Shown here: in pieces, positions 1 to 13,051 of the stretch
Layout: each line of letters opens with the position of its first letter
How positions within the stretch are numbered: the stretch's first letter is position 1
Made by a program: the position numbers and the translations under genes
NCBI GenBank assembly: GCA_964016885.1
Contig: OZ024742.1
Span: 111,290,001 to 111,354,000 of the forward strand
Direction: 5' to 3'
Length of the DNA stretch: 64,000 bases
Source of the DNA: Eledone cirrhosa
Lineage: Eukaryota
Notes under the pieces: generated by a model
Seen by the model: the letters and a program-made list of their open reading frames with translations, nothing else
The model's database searches: none
What the model was told of the DNA's origin: nothing

Positions 1-952
1 ATAGTTTAATTCTCTTTTGTTGTTTTATTTAGCAGAAAATAGCTAAACTATGAAGAATAATTACACCTCTGCACGTCCAGGTTTTAAAGTGGAGTAGAGG
101 TATCCTGACTGGCATAACGTGTCTTTTTAATGATGACAGATTGTAAGGTGAGGGAGAATTTGTTACTATTTCTATCAGGTTGAATGACGATAAATAACCT
201 TCTCGTTGGCTTATCCGATAGATCAGTAAGAAAAAGCAACATGTTGCTATATAAAAAAAATCAGGAAAATGTAGTCATAAATATTACATCTCGTAAATAT
301 TTAAATATTTATTTATGTATGGTATATATAAGCATGCCAGCACATTAATTGACATCATGTGCAATAAATCTGTCGGTTTAAATGATTACATAAATGATAA
401 TCTAGGAAAAGAACATGATAAATATTTATAACACGTCTCCTGACTGATAATTAAAAGTTCGGTCTGTATTTCATTACAACTACATTTAATTCATTAGATA
501 CGAATCCCAATAATTAAGTAAAATTATTATCATGATATGTGCTTATCATAGAGGATATATTAATCAATTTTAGTTATATATAAATATATATATATATATA
601 CATTTCTTAATAGTTCAGTTAATATATTACAGTTGTAATGTTTGAAAGTGGAAGAATGGTTTAGCAGTATTTTGTTCACGTGTTTGTCAATAAAGTCGGC
701 AAGCATCCATTGAAATACCAATTACTAAACAGGAAAATCATAGCTATCAATCTTTAAAGATACATTCAGTTGCCTGGACTTCATTAAATTTTAAAATCAA
801 CAAAGGCAGTAAATGAAATATTTATAGAAACGTTGCCGTTCGTATAATTATTACATACATTTCACATACCAATATTAACAAAGTAACCATATTTGATAGA
901 AATTAATCAGAAAGGTTTCATATAGTATTGTTTGCCTTTCGTGTATTGGTTA

Positions 953-1108
953 GCGGTGTATTGGCAAAGTCGTCAGAACGTAAAACATAATGATTTGTGC
1001 TATTTGTTTCGGTTCTCGGCGCTCTAAGTTCAAATCCCACCGAGGTCAACTTTCTCTTTCAACAATTTGAGGTCGACAAAAATGTACCTGTCTCGTACTA
1101 GGGTAGAT
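953..1108 (+). mobile_element. Decayed SINE-A copy
   Basis: Contains AAGTTCAAATCCCACCGAGGTCAACTTT, homologous to the young copy at 17614-17799. Confidence 0.6.
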
Positions 1109-1268
1109 TCTTTTTCTCTATATCTTTCTCGCTTTCATTCTCTTAATCTCTATCTTTCTATGTTAGACTGCAGTCATCTTGGAAACGCTGAAAAGACAAT
1201 GATATCGAGCAAAGAACTTATTGTGTCAAGTTGGGTACATATATATCATCAGTGTTTTTCCCCCCACC

Positions 1269-1430
1269 GATCTTCAGAAGATCCCGTTAAGGATGAAAGC
1301 AGTGATTCTTTGCTTAAACTTTAATCTGTTATTTTAATAAAGATTTGCTCTACGGTTCTTATATATATGATATATATTTATCCTTATCGAGCCCTCTTTG
1401 GATTTTAGTCTTCAAATTTATTATTATTAC
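1269..1430 (+). mobile_element. PLE-derived short element, family B, with degenerate hammerhead core, ending in (TA)n
   Basis: (C)AGAAGA-TCCCGTTAAGGAT-GAAA at 1275-1298. Body matches reverse-strand copies at 36838-36940 and 53958-54172. Confidence 0.6.
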
Positions 1431-1450
1431 GATATATATATATATATATA

Positions 1451-1849
1451 GTTATATTTTAGGAGGGTCATGTTGCCAATATAGGAAACACACACACCAG
1501 TTGTGTCACTGCAATTTATTATAAATTAAATTATAAATTTAAAAATTTATAAATTTCCGGTTGGTTGGTCGGTTGGTTCCACAACTGGACGTTTGTTCAT
1601 ATATTGAAGAGGTCACAGCATGTGTGACGAAATAACTTTGACAATATATGAACAACCGTCCGGTTGTGGAACCAACCAGCCAACCGGAATTTTATAAACT
1701 TTTAAATTCATAATTTAATTCATAATAAATTGGAGTGAAAGCAACTGGTGCGTGTGTTTCTTATTGGCAACATGACCCTCCTAAAGTATAACAATATCGG
1801 TGTCAAAACACGTTTTCAGATAAAGAATCTTGCTAAACAAATTCAGAAA

Positions 1850-1851
<2 letters not shown>
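1451..1851. mobile_element. Fold-back PLE-derived element, family A, in (TA)n
   Basis: Inverted arms 1451-1606 and 1642-1792. Spacer holds TGAAGA-G-GTCACA-gcatg-TGTGAC-GAAA. About 60 nt of unpaired tail, with (TA)n on both sides. Confidence 0.8.
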
Positions 1852-1892
<41 letters not shown>

Positions 1893-2038
1893 AAAAGTGT
1901 TTCCGCAGTTTCCATCGACCAAATGTTACGATAAAGTCAACCCTAGACTATAGTGAAGATTACTTGACCAAGCTACTATGCAGTGGAAATCAGACCAAAA
2001 CAGTGTGCTTGTGAAGCGAACACCTTAACCATACGTCC
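1893..2038 (-). mobile_element. Decayed tRNA-derived SINE
   Basis: Degenerate tRNA-like head on the minus strand (GGTTAAGGTGTTCGCTTCACAAGCAC...) and resemblance to octopus SINE bodies as I recall them. Confidence 0.45.
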
Positions 2039-2637
2039 GATTTTGTATTTCAAACACACTTCAACTCTGATTAAATGATAATATCTTGTTAATCTAGTCA
2101 TATTTAAGGCAATACAAGCAGGAATATAAATGAAAAGATGTATATGTGAGAATAATTACGACGTAGTTTCTAGCAGGTCAATGATCGAAGTAAGTATAAA
2201 TAAAATAAATTTACTGATTACTAGTTTGTCTCAAGTTCAAATGATTGTAGAAATGTGATTACTCAACGAAAGACTTATATATAATTTCGTCTTCCCGTTA
2301 GTGGTGTGATGACGAGGAAATTAATCAATATGCCAGCTTGATTGTTTGAAGAGTTCAGCTGGCGTGATATCCACACAATGCGAGATTGTTGATCGATAAG
2401 ATTTGCATAGCATAATATATGTATACAGTTGATGTTTTCAAAACCCCAAAAAAGGACGTTTTTATTGTAGGCAATTGTAAATAAATAGACAGTATTGTTA
2501 CGGATATGGCAAGCACGTGTTGAGGAAACATAAACCTTGTGGCAATTGTTAGGGACTGTAAAAAGAAAGAACTGATTTCCAGAGAAATGTTTGATGTTTG
2601 TTGACGCAGTAATGCTTTCACATTATATAAATCTCTC

Positions 2638-2829
<192 letters not shown>

Positions 2830-2901
2830 TTATGTGTGTGTATGTGCGTATACAGAAGTACATACATTTGTGTAAAAATAAATAATAAATATATATGTAT
2901 A

Positions 2902-2951
<50 letters not shown>

Positions 2952-3079
2952 GCATATCGTTATGTGAAATTTGATACGTATTCACCCCGAGATAGATAAC
3001 TATAACAATAGTCGATCGATATAATGTATAAATATAAACACACTCATACATACACCAACACATACGCACGCACACACAC

Positions 3080-3135
<56 letters not shown>

Positions 3136-3188
3136 GCACACACTCAGTCACCATACTCACACGTGCGTGCGCGCACACATACACACAC

Positions 3189-3222
<34 letters not shown>

Positions 3223-3227
<5 letters not shown>

Positions 3228-3776
3228 CTGCTAGATTCTTGAAGTCGTGTGTTGAAACCGATATTGTTATATTTGGGGAGGGTCATGTTGCCAATATTGC
3301 CATTAGAAAGAATCCCACGCCCCATATAATTCTTCCTTTTACTTCACCTATATTGTTTGTTATCAACATTGTTTCGTCACTCATTCTAGGACCTCCTCAA
3401 TGATTTGTGCTTCATCTTTTTCCTGGTCTTAAACTTCTACTGCAACTTGTCTTTGTTTTGTGTTGCGTTTTTTTTGCATTGCGTGTCTGTGCATGCGTTT
3501 GCGGCTGCGTCTCTGTGACTGTATGTGTTTTTGTGTTCGTCATGCTACGTTTGTTGTATGTTGGTGTGGTTTCATAACGTTTGTTGCTTTGATGTTGGTG
3601 TCTTGTTTTGGTTTGTGTCTTTATTCTATCCTCAGTCATTAAGTTGTGGGTTGTTACTATTCCACTTGTATTTTCTGTTCAGGCTAGGACTATCTTCTGT
3701 AATGGTGTCCATAATTTATCTGAGTGTTGCATCAATTCTCTGTTTGGATAGGCTCTTTATTTCTGATATCTATTGA
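3223..3776 (-). mobile_element. PLE 3' fragment: GIY-YIG C-terminus remnant, 3' UTR and family A terminus
   Basis: Minus strand ends GGCAACATGACCCTCCCCAAATATAACAATATCGGTTTCAACACACG, as in 1766-1812. Around 3660-3770 the minus strand reads ...IMDTITEDSPSLNRKYKW, like the PxLN end of PLE endonucleases. Confidence 0.6.
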
Positions 3777-3789
3777 GCCGTCATGTTCT

Positions 3790-5800
3790 AATTTGGCATG
3801 TTGGTATAGGACTGAGGAGCATAAAATAACATGAGCATCAGCGGCAAATGAATGAGAGCCAAAGGTGTGTACAAAGAACAGAACTCAAGCGCTATCAACC
3901 AATTCAGATCTATATCTCTCCGGAACGTTGAAAATGAAATCTTTTCTGTTATGGCAGCATGGTTAACTAAATACCTCACAGAGAATCTGAATCTGAATGT
4001 CAGTTCAGAAGAGAGGCAACGTTGGAGTTTTTAGTTGTGTAGTGCCTGCGTCAATTTGGAAGGCTTAGAGCAGAAATGACAGATCTTGACGTGGTGTTGG
4101 ATTGATCTGGCAAATGCCTACGGTTCGGTCCAGATAAAATGATTAATCCAACACTCGAGAGGTGTCATGTTTCAAAGAACATCCGAGTAATGCTGAAGAA
4201 GTATCATCGTGGTTTATCCATGGGATTCTCCACGAAAGGATGCACAACAGTCTGGATCAATTTAGAGGTTGGCATAGCAATGGTCTGTGCAATCAACGCT
4301 GTACTAATTGTGTTGCCAATGAAGGTCATTTTGAATGCGGCAATGGGCTAGTCAACTCCAACAGTGAAGCATTTAGAATACGCCATCTAAAAGTCTTCAT
4401 GGACGACAGGAAGGTCCTAGCCATAAAGGAAGATGAAACAGGTTGGACATTTGGATGAAATCGTTGCATCTTCCAGACTGAAGTTCAAACCGAAGAAATC
4501 CCTGATCCTCTTTCTGCGGAAGGCCAAAGTAGCGGGATCAATCGTGTTCACTAAAATATCCAACAGTGGCTGAGGAACCAATCAAAAGCATTGGATGTTG
4601 GTTTGACAACACTCTGAAAGTTATGGAGAGGGTAATCCAAAGCAGTCAAATGGAGGAAGAAGATCTGCAAATCATACAGTAATGTGACCTCTCTAGAAAT
4701 TATGAAGTTTGGAGTGTGGCAGTTAATGTTGATCACAAAGCTTCTGTGGCCTCTTCTGATACACGGTTTCAGCTCTAATTCTGTGGAAGCCATGGATGTC
4801 ATAATCAACAAATATGCAAGGAAGTGGTTTGGTGTCCCACTAGTATCCCTGATGTTGCACTTTACTGACTCCAGGTCAAACTGAGGCCTCAAATCCAACA
4901 TTGAAGTGTACAATATCGGAATAACAGGGCTCTTGGTCATACTTGAGGTCACGAAAGACAAGGCCATGAGGTCGCTCCGGCACAAGTTGAAGACAGGTAG
5001 AAAATAGACAGTCCAGGTCGATGCAGCAAGGAAAGCTTTATCGTGAAAGAAATGATTGTTTCTACTTTAGGCACAAGGCCAGCAATTACCCAGTACATTA
5101 CATGTACATTATTTTATCGAACCCTTAAGGATGAAAGGCAAAGTAAAATAATGGGACACACTCAGTTCAATAGGCAGCAACTGAGCGTAACAAATATGAA
5201 ATAGCGGGCAGAGGTTAGTGGGAAAATGAGGAGAGATTTGATTTTACAGGAAGTTAAAAGAGAAATGGTTTCTTAAAGACTCCGAAAGGCAGTAAAATAA
5301 GTCACCATGGTGAGTGAACGACGTGGAAATGTCCATCCAAATGTGTCTCAGTTGGAATGGCTTATGGCATATGACGCATCTTCGAATTAGTTTTCTGCTC
5401 ACATCTCTCTATGAGTACAAATCCAAACGTAGTAATATGGGAGAAATCAAATAATCTTGGTTGCCCAATCTGACATTGTAGAGAAACAGTGAAACACTTC
5501 TGACTTTATGCTACTACCCGAAGACACAAGCTAGTGCTTAAATAGAAAGTACATATGGTAAGTACGATAATAGTAAACATAAACACCAGTAAGTTGGAGA
5601 CAGTGCTTTGTGAGCAAATCTGCCAACAATCTCATGAAACAACTTTCAGTCTCTGGGAATAACGGGACCAAAGCCATTCAGGCAATATCTGAGATAGAGA
5701 AGAGGAGCTGCAGTTGGATCTGGTCTAAGAGGAACAAAAAAAAAGGCACTCATGCCATTTGAGGGCATTATGCTTGTATATTAACCCTGAGGATGTCATG
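3790..5800 (+). mobile_element. Decayed HERO-like (RLE-type) non-LTR retrotransposon, RT to C-terminus
   Basis: Fragments INQFRSISLRNVENEIF, DLANAYGSV, WINLEVGIAM, VFMDD, KLLWPLLI, WNGLWHMTHLRISFLL and SWIWSKR, with many frameshifts. Confidence 0.75.
5053..5146 (-). mobile_element. 5'-truncated SINE-A inserted in the HERO-like LINE
   Basis: TTGTTTCTACTTTAGGCACAAGGCCAGCAATTACCCAG is the reverse complement of the SINE-A 3' end. Confidence 0.8.
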
Positions 5801-6118
5801 GCTATAATGTTGGCTGTAGCCGTGACACTGGTGACATCTCTCCGCTACCATGACTTCCAAAGGTATTTTTCAAAACTAAAAAAAGCAGCTGTAACGAAGA
5901 AGAATTCCAGCGAGATTTTGTCAACAGAATCGTTATACAGTTTAAATAACCAACAAGTCTCTGATACCCAAGTGGTTGAATAATGTCAGCAGAAGGGCGA
6001 GTTCACCTGTCTCGCAGCTGTGTCCAGCATTGATGGGAGGCGGTAGACTGAATTAAGTGCAAGAATACCAGGAGATTCGGCATTCAGTCATTAGACAAGG
6101 GAGGTATATATATATATA

Positions 6119-6167
<49 letters not shown>

Positions 6168-6469
6168 TGTATGTATACTTACATAATTTCATTTCTCTGT
6201 ATATGTATTATTGTGTTCTCCAAAATATGGACGTCCCCTAAACCCAATCTAAGTACCCAACCTCATCTTTAATCCTATCTAATAATGCCTAAGTATTTCT
6301 CATATCCTTCTCTTCTCACTCCTTTTCATCGCAGCATGTTGAGCAATAACACTCGTAGGCATACAATAGGAAATATTCCAAACGTGGAGAAATTTCTATA
6401 CACCTTAACCTATAACACTCTCCCAACTGTTTAACACATTCATTACTCTAGAATTTGCAAACTATATTG

Positions 6470-7400
6470 ATCTCTCTCTGCTACACAAGGGCAAGGTTTT
6501 GGCAGCGCTCTTCTGACACAAGTATTCGGAAAGAGGGACTATCAAACGTGCCTAACACTGTCCGCACTCCTGCAGATGACTCGAGAGCATAAATCCTCAA
6601 AAGCTCTTTTAACCTCAACAGACAGCAAGATGTGAACCACATGCTCTGTTCCGCAAGTGTCCCGCCAGTATATGCAGGGTTTAACGAATACTCGGTCTCT
6701 AAAATTTGGTCGAACGTTAGAAGAAACATCGGTTCCTTCTGCTAGCCCTCTGCAATTAAACACTCTTCAGCTGACCACCAACACCGATACCGGACACCCA
6801 ACTCTTAGTGAATAACACGAAACTTCTCCGCGAAGGAGACAATTGTAAATTAATTGTTGGTGGAATTCTTACCGTGGTCTATGTTCTAACTTTGAATGTC
6901 ACTGTTCTCCCACTAACACCTGAGGCCCTCGCTTCACCACTTGAAAAACTCAGCCGATATTAGAGATATCTAGGATCCTACACATCATATATCCTGTCCT
7001 GTGATCCGTCGTATATAGTAACAGTGGCAAGCTTACTCTCCAGGCGCCCCAGAAACCAATGTTGCCATACTCTGCCGATGCCGGAACATATCTACTTCGG
7101 TTGATTACTGCTCTAAAGAGCAGTCAACACCAGCCAACCTTCTCCGACATGATTGCGATCTTTTCTTCTCAGCTAACCTGACTGCATTGAAAAACAATGT
7201 TGGAGATAGTTGATCCATTGCATTTGGCTGCAAATCAGTTCTGGGCGAACTCAGGGAGGTACTGCGCTCTAACCATCTCAGAGTAGGGTTTAATGCGGAT
7301 GAGAGTCAGCTGATCAGCCGACCAGGCATATCATTTAACATGCATATTCATCGTCACCTCGCTGGCCAGAGACGTGTCATAGTCGGAGACAGTGTCTTCC
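6470..7400 (-). mobile_element. Highly decayed non-LTR retrotransposon fragment, probably L1/Tx1-like
   Basis: GC-richer island. Minus-strand peptides such as FNCRGLAEG loosely resemble the Tx1 ORF2 C-terminal region. Confidence 0.4.
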
Positions 7401-7449
7401 AATGTGGTGAAAGTGCTATCTTGTTGGAAGTATATTTTAGTGTTTGAGG

Positions 7450-7790
7450 ATGAATTTGTTGGTGTCGTCCAATATTGAAGAAAATCTCCCTTGTATTGAA
7501 AGAGTTAGTACACTTATTTATTTTTTAAAGTGTATATCACCTCTCCGCCATGCATAACTGGTATCCGTTGGATATATTGGAGAAAATTCGGATTCCTTCT
7601 AGGATTTTACGCTTAATAGAAAAGTCTTCATTACAGTCTCTGCCTTTCCAAATGTGGCTAGCGAATTTGGGTTTGTATCTCTTCTCAGCCTGTCTAAAGT
7701 TCAATTCGTGGTTTAGTAAGCGTTATTTAATCGTCGTTTTCAACAAGTCAAATGGTTGACTGTTAGTGCTAGGAACATTTTATTTGTGTT
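7450..7790 (-). pseudogene. PLE GIY-YIG endonuclease remnant
   Basis: Minus strand reads IK*RLLNHELNFRQAEKRYKPKFASHIWKGRD...QLCMAER...FNTRE...GRH, matching the PLE pattern H..SF...LS.HIW..KD...CxLCxxEK...LN.R.E...CRH. Confidence 0.7.
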
Positions 7791-7885
7791 AATTTGTACA
7801 CTAATGGAGACGGATGTGAGAACCAAACGTTTTTTCTACGTCTATATGTAGAGAGACCCAGCCTTTTATTACATATCTATGTTAT

Positions 7886-7887
<2 letters not shown>

Positions 7888-7916
<29 letters not shown>

Positions 7917-8230
7917 TTAACGTCCATCTTCCACGCTAGCATGGGTTGGAGGGTTTTGTTCCACTTGAGGTGAAATTGGTCGGAAGATCATGTCTCGGTC
8001 GTACAGAACTGCCTCTGGCAGGTTTTCTACGACTGGATGCCCTTCCTAACACCAATCACATTCACAGTGTAGACTGGGATCCCTCTTATCTAGTCTCCTA
8101 CACGACCACTTTACAGTGTGGACTGGGTTCTTTTATCATGTTACCTACACGACCACATTACAGTGGTTGGAAATGGGAGGATAGAGTAAATATGTGGGGT
8201 GGTGTGTATAGTGGAGTAAGGGGTGCCTAC
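7888..8230 (-). mobile_element. SINE with (GAT)n tail and RTE-type 3' end
   Basis: (CAT)n followed by CTTTAACGTCCATCTTCCACGCTAGCATGGGTTGG and GGATGCCCTTCCTAAC. Confidence 0.55.
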
Positions 8231-8660
8231 TAATGCTTGTATGCAAGGGCAGGCGGGTCTTCTGTATAACTGCATAGCGACAAAGATCTCGATCCAGTGA
8301 TATTGTCTTAGAGTGGTGTAAGTGAGCAAGGTCAGTTTTTATCACCTCGTCCCAGGTTTTTCTTGGTCTACCCACTTTGTAGCTTCCACCAATTTTGATC
8401 GCTCTGCACTTTTTTTTTTATAGCTGTTGTCCTTCATACGCATCAATTGTCCATACGAATGCAATCTCCTCTCCTCCACAGTACATTTGATACCTCTTAG
8501 GCTTAGTCTCTCTCTCAATTCGTTTATGGTTTGCCGCTCGCGTACATCACTATTACACATCCATCGGGGCATGCACGCTTCATTTTTTTCTAATCCACGC
8601 AACCCTTCTGCACACAACGCCTAGATCTCACTACCATGTAATATTGCCGTTATTATATAT
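8231..8660 (-). mobile_element. RTE-clade LINE 3' fragment
   Basis: Peptides MPRWMCN...ELRERL.LRGI...ERRLHSYGQLMRM and GRPRKTWDEVIKTDL. Confidence 0.85.
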
Positions 8661-8666
8661 GTGTTG

Positions 8667-8742
<76 letters not shown>

Positions 8743-8744
<2 letters not shown>

Positions 8745-8929
8745 ATTGTTTCTACATTAGACACAAGGCCAGCAATTACCCAGTTCATTACTGGTACTTT
8801 ATTGTATCGACCCCGTAAGGATGAAAGGCAAAGTAAACCTCGGCGGGATTTGAACTCAGATCGTAAAGGGACGTAACTATGCAGGAAAGCATGGCGTCCG
8901 ACCCTCTACCGATACTGCCAATCCACCGC
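8743..8929 (-). mobile_element. SINE-A, full length, young
   Basis: Near-identical reverse complement of 17614-17799. Confidence 0.9.
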
Positions 8930-9230
8930 AAAGGACAAAACAGCATGGTATGAGTGCTGTCGCAACTCATTTACATTAAGTGAAGTGGAACAACGTGAAA
9001 TAAAATGTCTTTCTCATGCCCACAACACATGCTCAATCTGGGAATCGAACTCACAAACTATATATATATATTGGTTTTTGGAATGGGCTCACAATTGTGA
9101 GTTTGTGAGTTCGATTCCCAGGCTGAGCATGTGTTGTGGGCATGAGAAAGACATTTTATTTCACGTTGTTCCACTTTATTTAATGTAAATGAGTTGCGAC
9201 GGCACTCATACCATGCTGTTTTGTCCTTTG
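8929..9230. repeat. Inverted pair of SINE-B fragments
   Basis: 8929-9059 is the reverse complement of 9100-9230 (about 130 bp, few mismatches). Contains the B-box GTTCGATTCC. Confidence 0.85.
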
Positions 9231-10790
9231 TAAAATACGCATGATTTACCTATGATGTTGTTTTCTACGTTTTATTCAAAGTAATGGGAATAACAACTTT
9301 ATAACACTTTTGTGCAGGGTCATAGTAGCATTCCAGCTGCAGTGAATAATTGGTACCTGTCTCTAGCTGGTGATTGGTTCTTATGACATTGCTTTCATTT
9401 TCTCACTTCGTTGAGTCCTTGAGCAAGACACTTTAAGTCGCATCGCTCCAGATCACACACTTGGCAAAATGAATTGCGATATTACTATATATATAGAGAG
9501 AAATATGTATGTACGGATGTGTATTTGTTAATATGTGTTTGCGCTCGTGTGTGTGAGTGCATATATACGTGTGTTTCTACTTTGTCTTATGAATATGCTT
9601 CTGAAATTCGACGAGTAGAGGACTATTTGACTATGTACAAACGTACATGTTCTAACCAGAATGCTTGTTATGCAATTGCTTGATATTCACAAAGTTTGTT
9701 TGGTTAACAGCGACTCTCGTTAGGAAAATATTTTTGTTCATATTTGTGCATATTCAATCTATTATTTATAGCTTTCAATTACTATAACAATCATGAAGCG
9801 AGAAAAAATCGAAAACTATCTTTTTTAACTCTAGGCGAATATTGTAAATGTTCCTGCATGATCTTTGAATACGCAGCTTCCCGTGTATATATTTTAGTTT
9901 ATATTTCTCTGTATTTCATTATATATTTTCAATGTGTTTCTTTTGCGTTGCATTATCTACCTTACTGTATCGAACTGTTTTTTTCTGTCCACCATTTATA
10001 CTGTTTTTTATATCTGTATATGAAAACGTTTTTCGTATATTACTTGCTTCTAAATTCTGTCGTTTCCCTTATAACGTTTTACATTTATGTTATTTTCTTT
10101 TTCATCTTAGATATTCGTTCGTTCGCATTTTTATTCAAAGAAGTTTTAGTTAATTTTTAGAATAGATTGTATTCCTTGTATTTTTCCCTTCGATCCCGCC
10201 TACATATACTTGAATTACTTCTCAATATGCCCAACTATTACTGTTTGAAAGAAACGACGTTATCCACCGGAAATTATTTCAATTTTCTAACAATATATTT
10301 CCATTCTTCTTTATCAAACTTGAAGCTATTCCACTTGAATAATATTTTATCTTTTCTTGGAAGCTTTTCTATATTTAGTGGCTGGCATTTAAATTATGTT
10401 TGTTCGAAATAACTTGAAATTATTTAATGGCATGTTTTAAATTATAATCTATTTTCATTTCGAAAGCCATAGAGTCTTTCACATCTTGTGATATCTCAGG
10501 TGTAAGGTATGCTTAGAATCATTATACATCATGCATTAAATTTAATCGGCATTTACAACCGGAATTTTTATTTGTAATATGTTTTGATTCTAGTTTCATT
10601 TAGAAAACATTTAGGACAATCTGAAATAATATAAATGTTCAACATATATAGACAGGTGACAGATATGATAAAATGTAAGGTAACATTGAAGAAAGTGGGG
10701 TTACAACACAGTACACGGAGAATGGAAAGCGAAATTCTTATTGTAGCAACTTGAGTTATATCGAAAATGCATTGTATCTGTGTGCACATT

Positions 10791-11105
10791 TTAAACAGTA
10801 TCAGAAAACGAGTGCAGTGTCAGCTCTGGATTTCGGTGAGCATGTCCAGTTAACCTCAGTCTCCTCTGTGTCACGTTTGAGCTGACGTTTGGGAGGCTCC
10901 CGTACAGCTCTGAGTTCTTCATCCTCAGTGTATACTGATTAATGTTCAGAGCTATCCTCAGCATTTTTGTGTAGCCCTCATCCACCATCTGAGTGAGTTT
11001 CTTGGTCAGTGTCCAAGTCTGAGACCCATACAGCAGCACAGACTCCACTGCAGCAACGAAGAGGCGGATCTTCAGGTCTTTATGAAGGAGCGACTTCCAC
11101 AAATA
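10791..11105 (-). mobile_element. RTE-like LINE fragment downstream of RT
   Basis: LWKS...LKIRLFVAAVESVLLYGSQTWTLTK...YTKMLRIALNI...RRLRLTGH. Confidence 0.85.
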
Positions 11106-11135
11106 TCTAAAAAAAATACGCACCTGCCAATTAAA

Positions 11136-11285
11136 ACACACGCACCTGTGACGAAAGCGCTTTGACAGTATATAAACAACCTTCTGGTTAAGGAACCAAC
11201 AGCCTGGAATTTATAATAAGTTGAAGTGAACAGGTGCGTGTGTGCATTTTCCTTTTGCCAGCATGATCCTCCCAAATTATAACCT
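11136..11285 (+). mobile_element. Family A PLE-derived fragment with 3' half of hammerhead
   Basis: TGTGAC-GAAA-GCGC-TT-TGACA at 11147-11167, homologous to 1623-1792. The leading ACACACGCACCTG is a fold-back of 11231-11243. Confidence 0.7.
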
Positions 11286-11402
11286 GTGGACCTGTGTTGT
11301 TGGCTGTTCTCATCACAATGCATAGAGGACCACCAACGCTGGATGAAGCAGACGTAGTCGATCTCGTTATGGCTTTTCTGTATAAACAAATAAACAACTG
11401 TA

Positions 11403-11477
<75 letters not shown>

Positions 11478-12497
11478 ATATATATCAGTAGGGGTAAGGG
11501 TTTGCCTGTGTGTGTTTGCTTTTATATCACTTGATTCATATATATTGTGTGGGGCTTTAAACTATATCCTGCTTCTTCAAACAGTATTTTAATTTGCTAA
11601 AAACTCTGTGAGGGTTTTTTTTACATATTTCCAATCAATGAAGCATATATGATTGAGGTAGCAGTGTCCTCTTAGCACCCTCTACACAGTTTAATATAAT
11701 ATACAATTGAGTGAAATAAGTATTGAAAAACTGTCTTAGTGATCAACCAATAAGCTAGAAACAGCATCTAAAATCCATTTCAATCTTATCCCTATCATGA
11801 AAAGTAGGTGTAAAATAACATACTCTGTCTTCAGTATACTTTATCTAGGCCGTGTTTTTATTGTATTGATTGTTAAGTTCTTATTTAATTAAGATATGCT
11901 ATGAATAATTGCTATATTATAAATTAACTAAAATAAGGCTAGGCGTTTATGTTCCACATTTCGCCATACTTGCTTTTAATCATATTATTTATTACACATT
12001 TACTCAATATTGCGTTTAAGTTTGGAATTCTTACACTTTCTTCATATTAACAACCTGCTTTCGTTTCTTTTATTTTCTAGAATATTTTCTGGATCAGTTG
12101 ATAAAGTATTCATTTATATTCATAACACTAAAAGGTAAATATGCGTGCTCCCCAATTGGAATAATAATTTTTTGTTGGAAGTGCAGCATTTCGGTCATCG
12201 ATCAGAAGTGCAGCATTTCGAGCAATTCATCAGAAGGTTCTGCTAAAAAAGCTAGAATTATTCCACCCTTTGCATAATAATGAATGCTCGTGTGGAAATG
12301 TTTGTATTTACTGTTTGCCGATGCATGTCATCACGAGTTTCTAGGTGTAAAACTGCTTCCACCAAATGATATTGTGTAGTAGTTTTACTTGAATGTAGAA
12401 AATGAAATAAATAATTAATAAATGTGGACTATAAGAAACGAAAATTTACGTTCAATGTTTAAAAATTATTTGAAAGACTTTTACATCTGACAATGTA

Positions 12498-12657
12498 CGA
12501 GGGCAATCCCAAAAATAAGGTCCGATATTGCAACTTTTCCGTTAAAATCTTGTGGATGGTGCTTCGGGAAAACAAAATGCAGAGAGCTTCCAGAGTGATC
12601 CGCGAATCTTTACGGATGTTTTCCTTGGAAGTAGACCTTACTTTTGGGATTGTCCTC
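12498..12657. mobile_element. Tc1/mariner-type MITE
   Basis: TIRs CGAGGGCAATCCCAAAAATAAGGTC (12498) and GACCTTACTTTTGGGATTGTCCTC (12634), flanked by TA. Confidence 0.75.
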
Positions 12658-12659
12658 TA

Positions 12660-12875
12660 TATCATAACTGCGCGAAATTCGCACTTGGCTGTAGCGTTCA
12701 ACGGGAGCTCCATTCTCAACGATTTCCAAACCAAGATTGAGCATCCCAGCGAAGCGCGCGCATGCTTGTTTGGGAGTGAAGGAAGCACCAATCACAACAG
12801 TGTTGCCAACAGCCGTACGAACAGTTTCTCTGCGTCCCCATCGCTTTAGAGACCTTACTTTTGGGATTACCCTCG
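12660..12875 (-). mobile_element. Mariner 5' end: TIR plus transposase N-terminus
   Basis: TIR at 12851-12875 followed by TA. Minus strand reads MELPLNATAKCEFRAVM, like mariner transposase N-termini. Confidence 0.7.
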
Positions 12876-13051
12876 TAGATATATCGCCAAGTTGAGTCAT
12901 GTTAAATTAAGTTTAATAGGCCGTACTATTGGCTCATTATAATTTCATATTTATTGCATGTTTTCGAATTCCTATTTGCTTCGTATATAATTCATACCTA
13001 CTTACATTGTTCATATATTAAGAAGAAGAGGGGGAAGGAGAGAGGGAATAT

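Noticed and set aside
5787-5830. CTGAGGA followed by a 13-bp hairpin at the HERO-like 3' end
   Set aside because: No GAAA after the stem, so not a hammerhead. At most a LINE 3' stem-loop.
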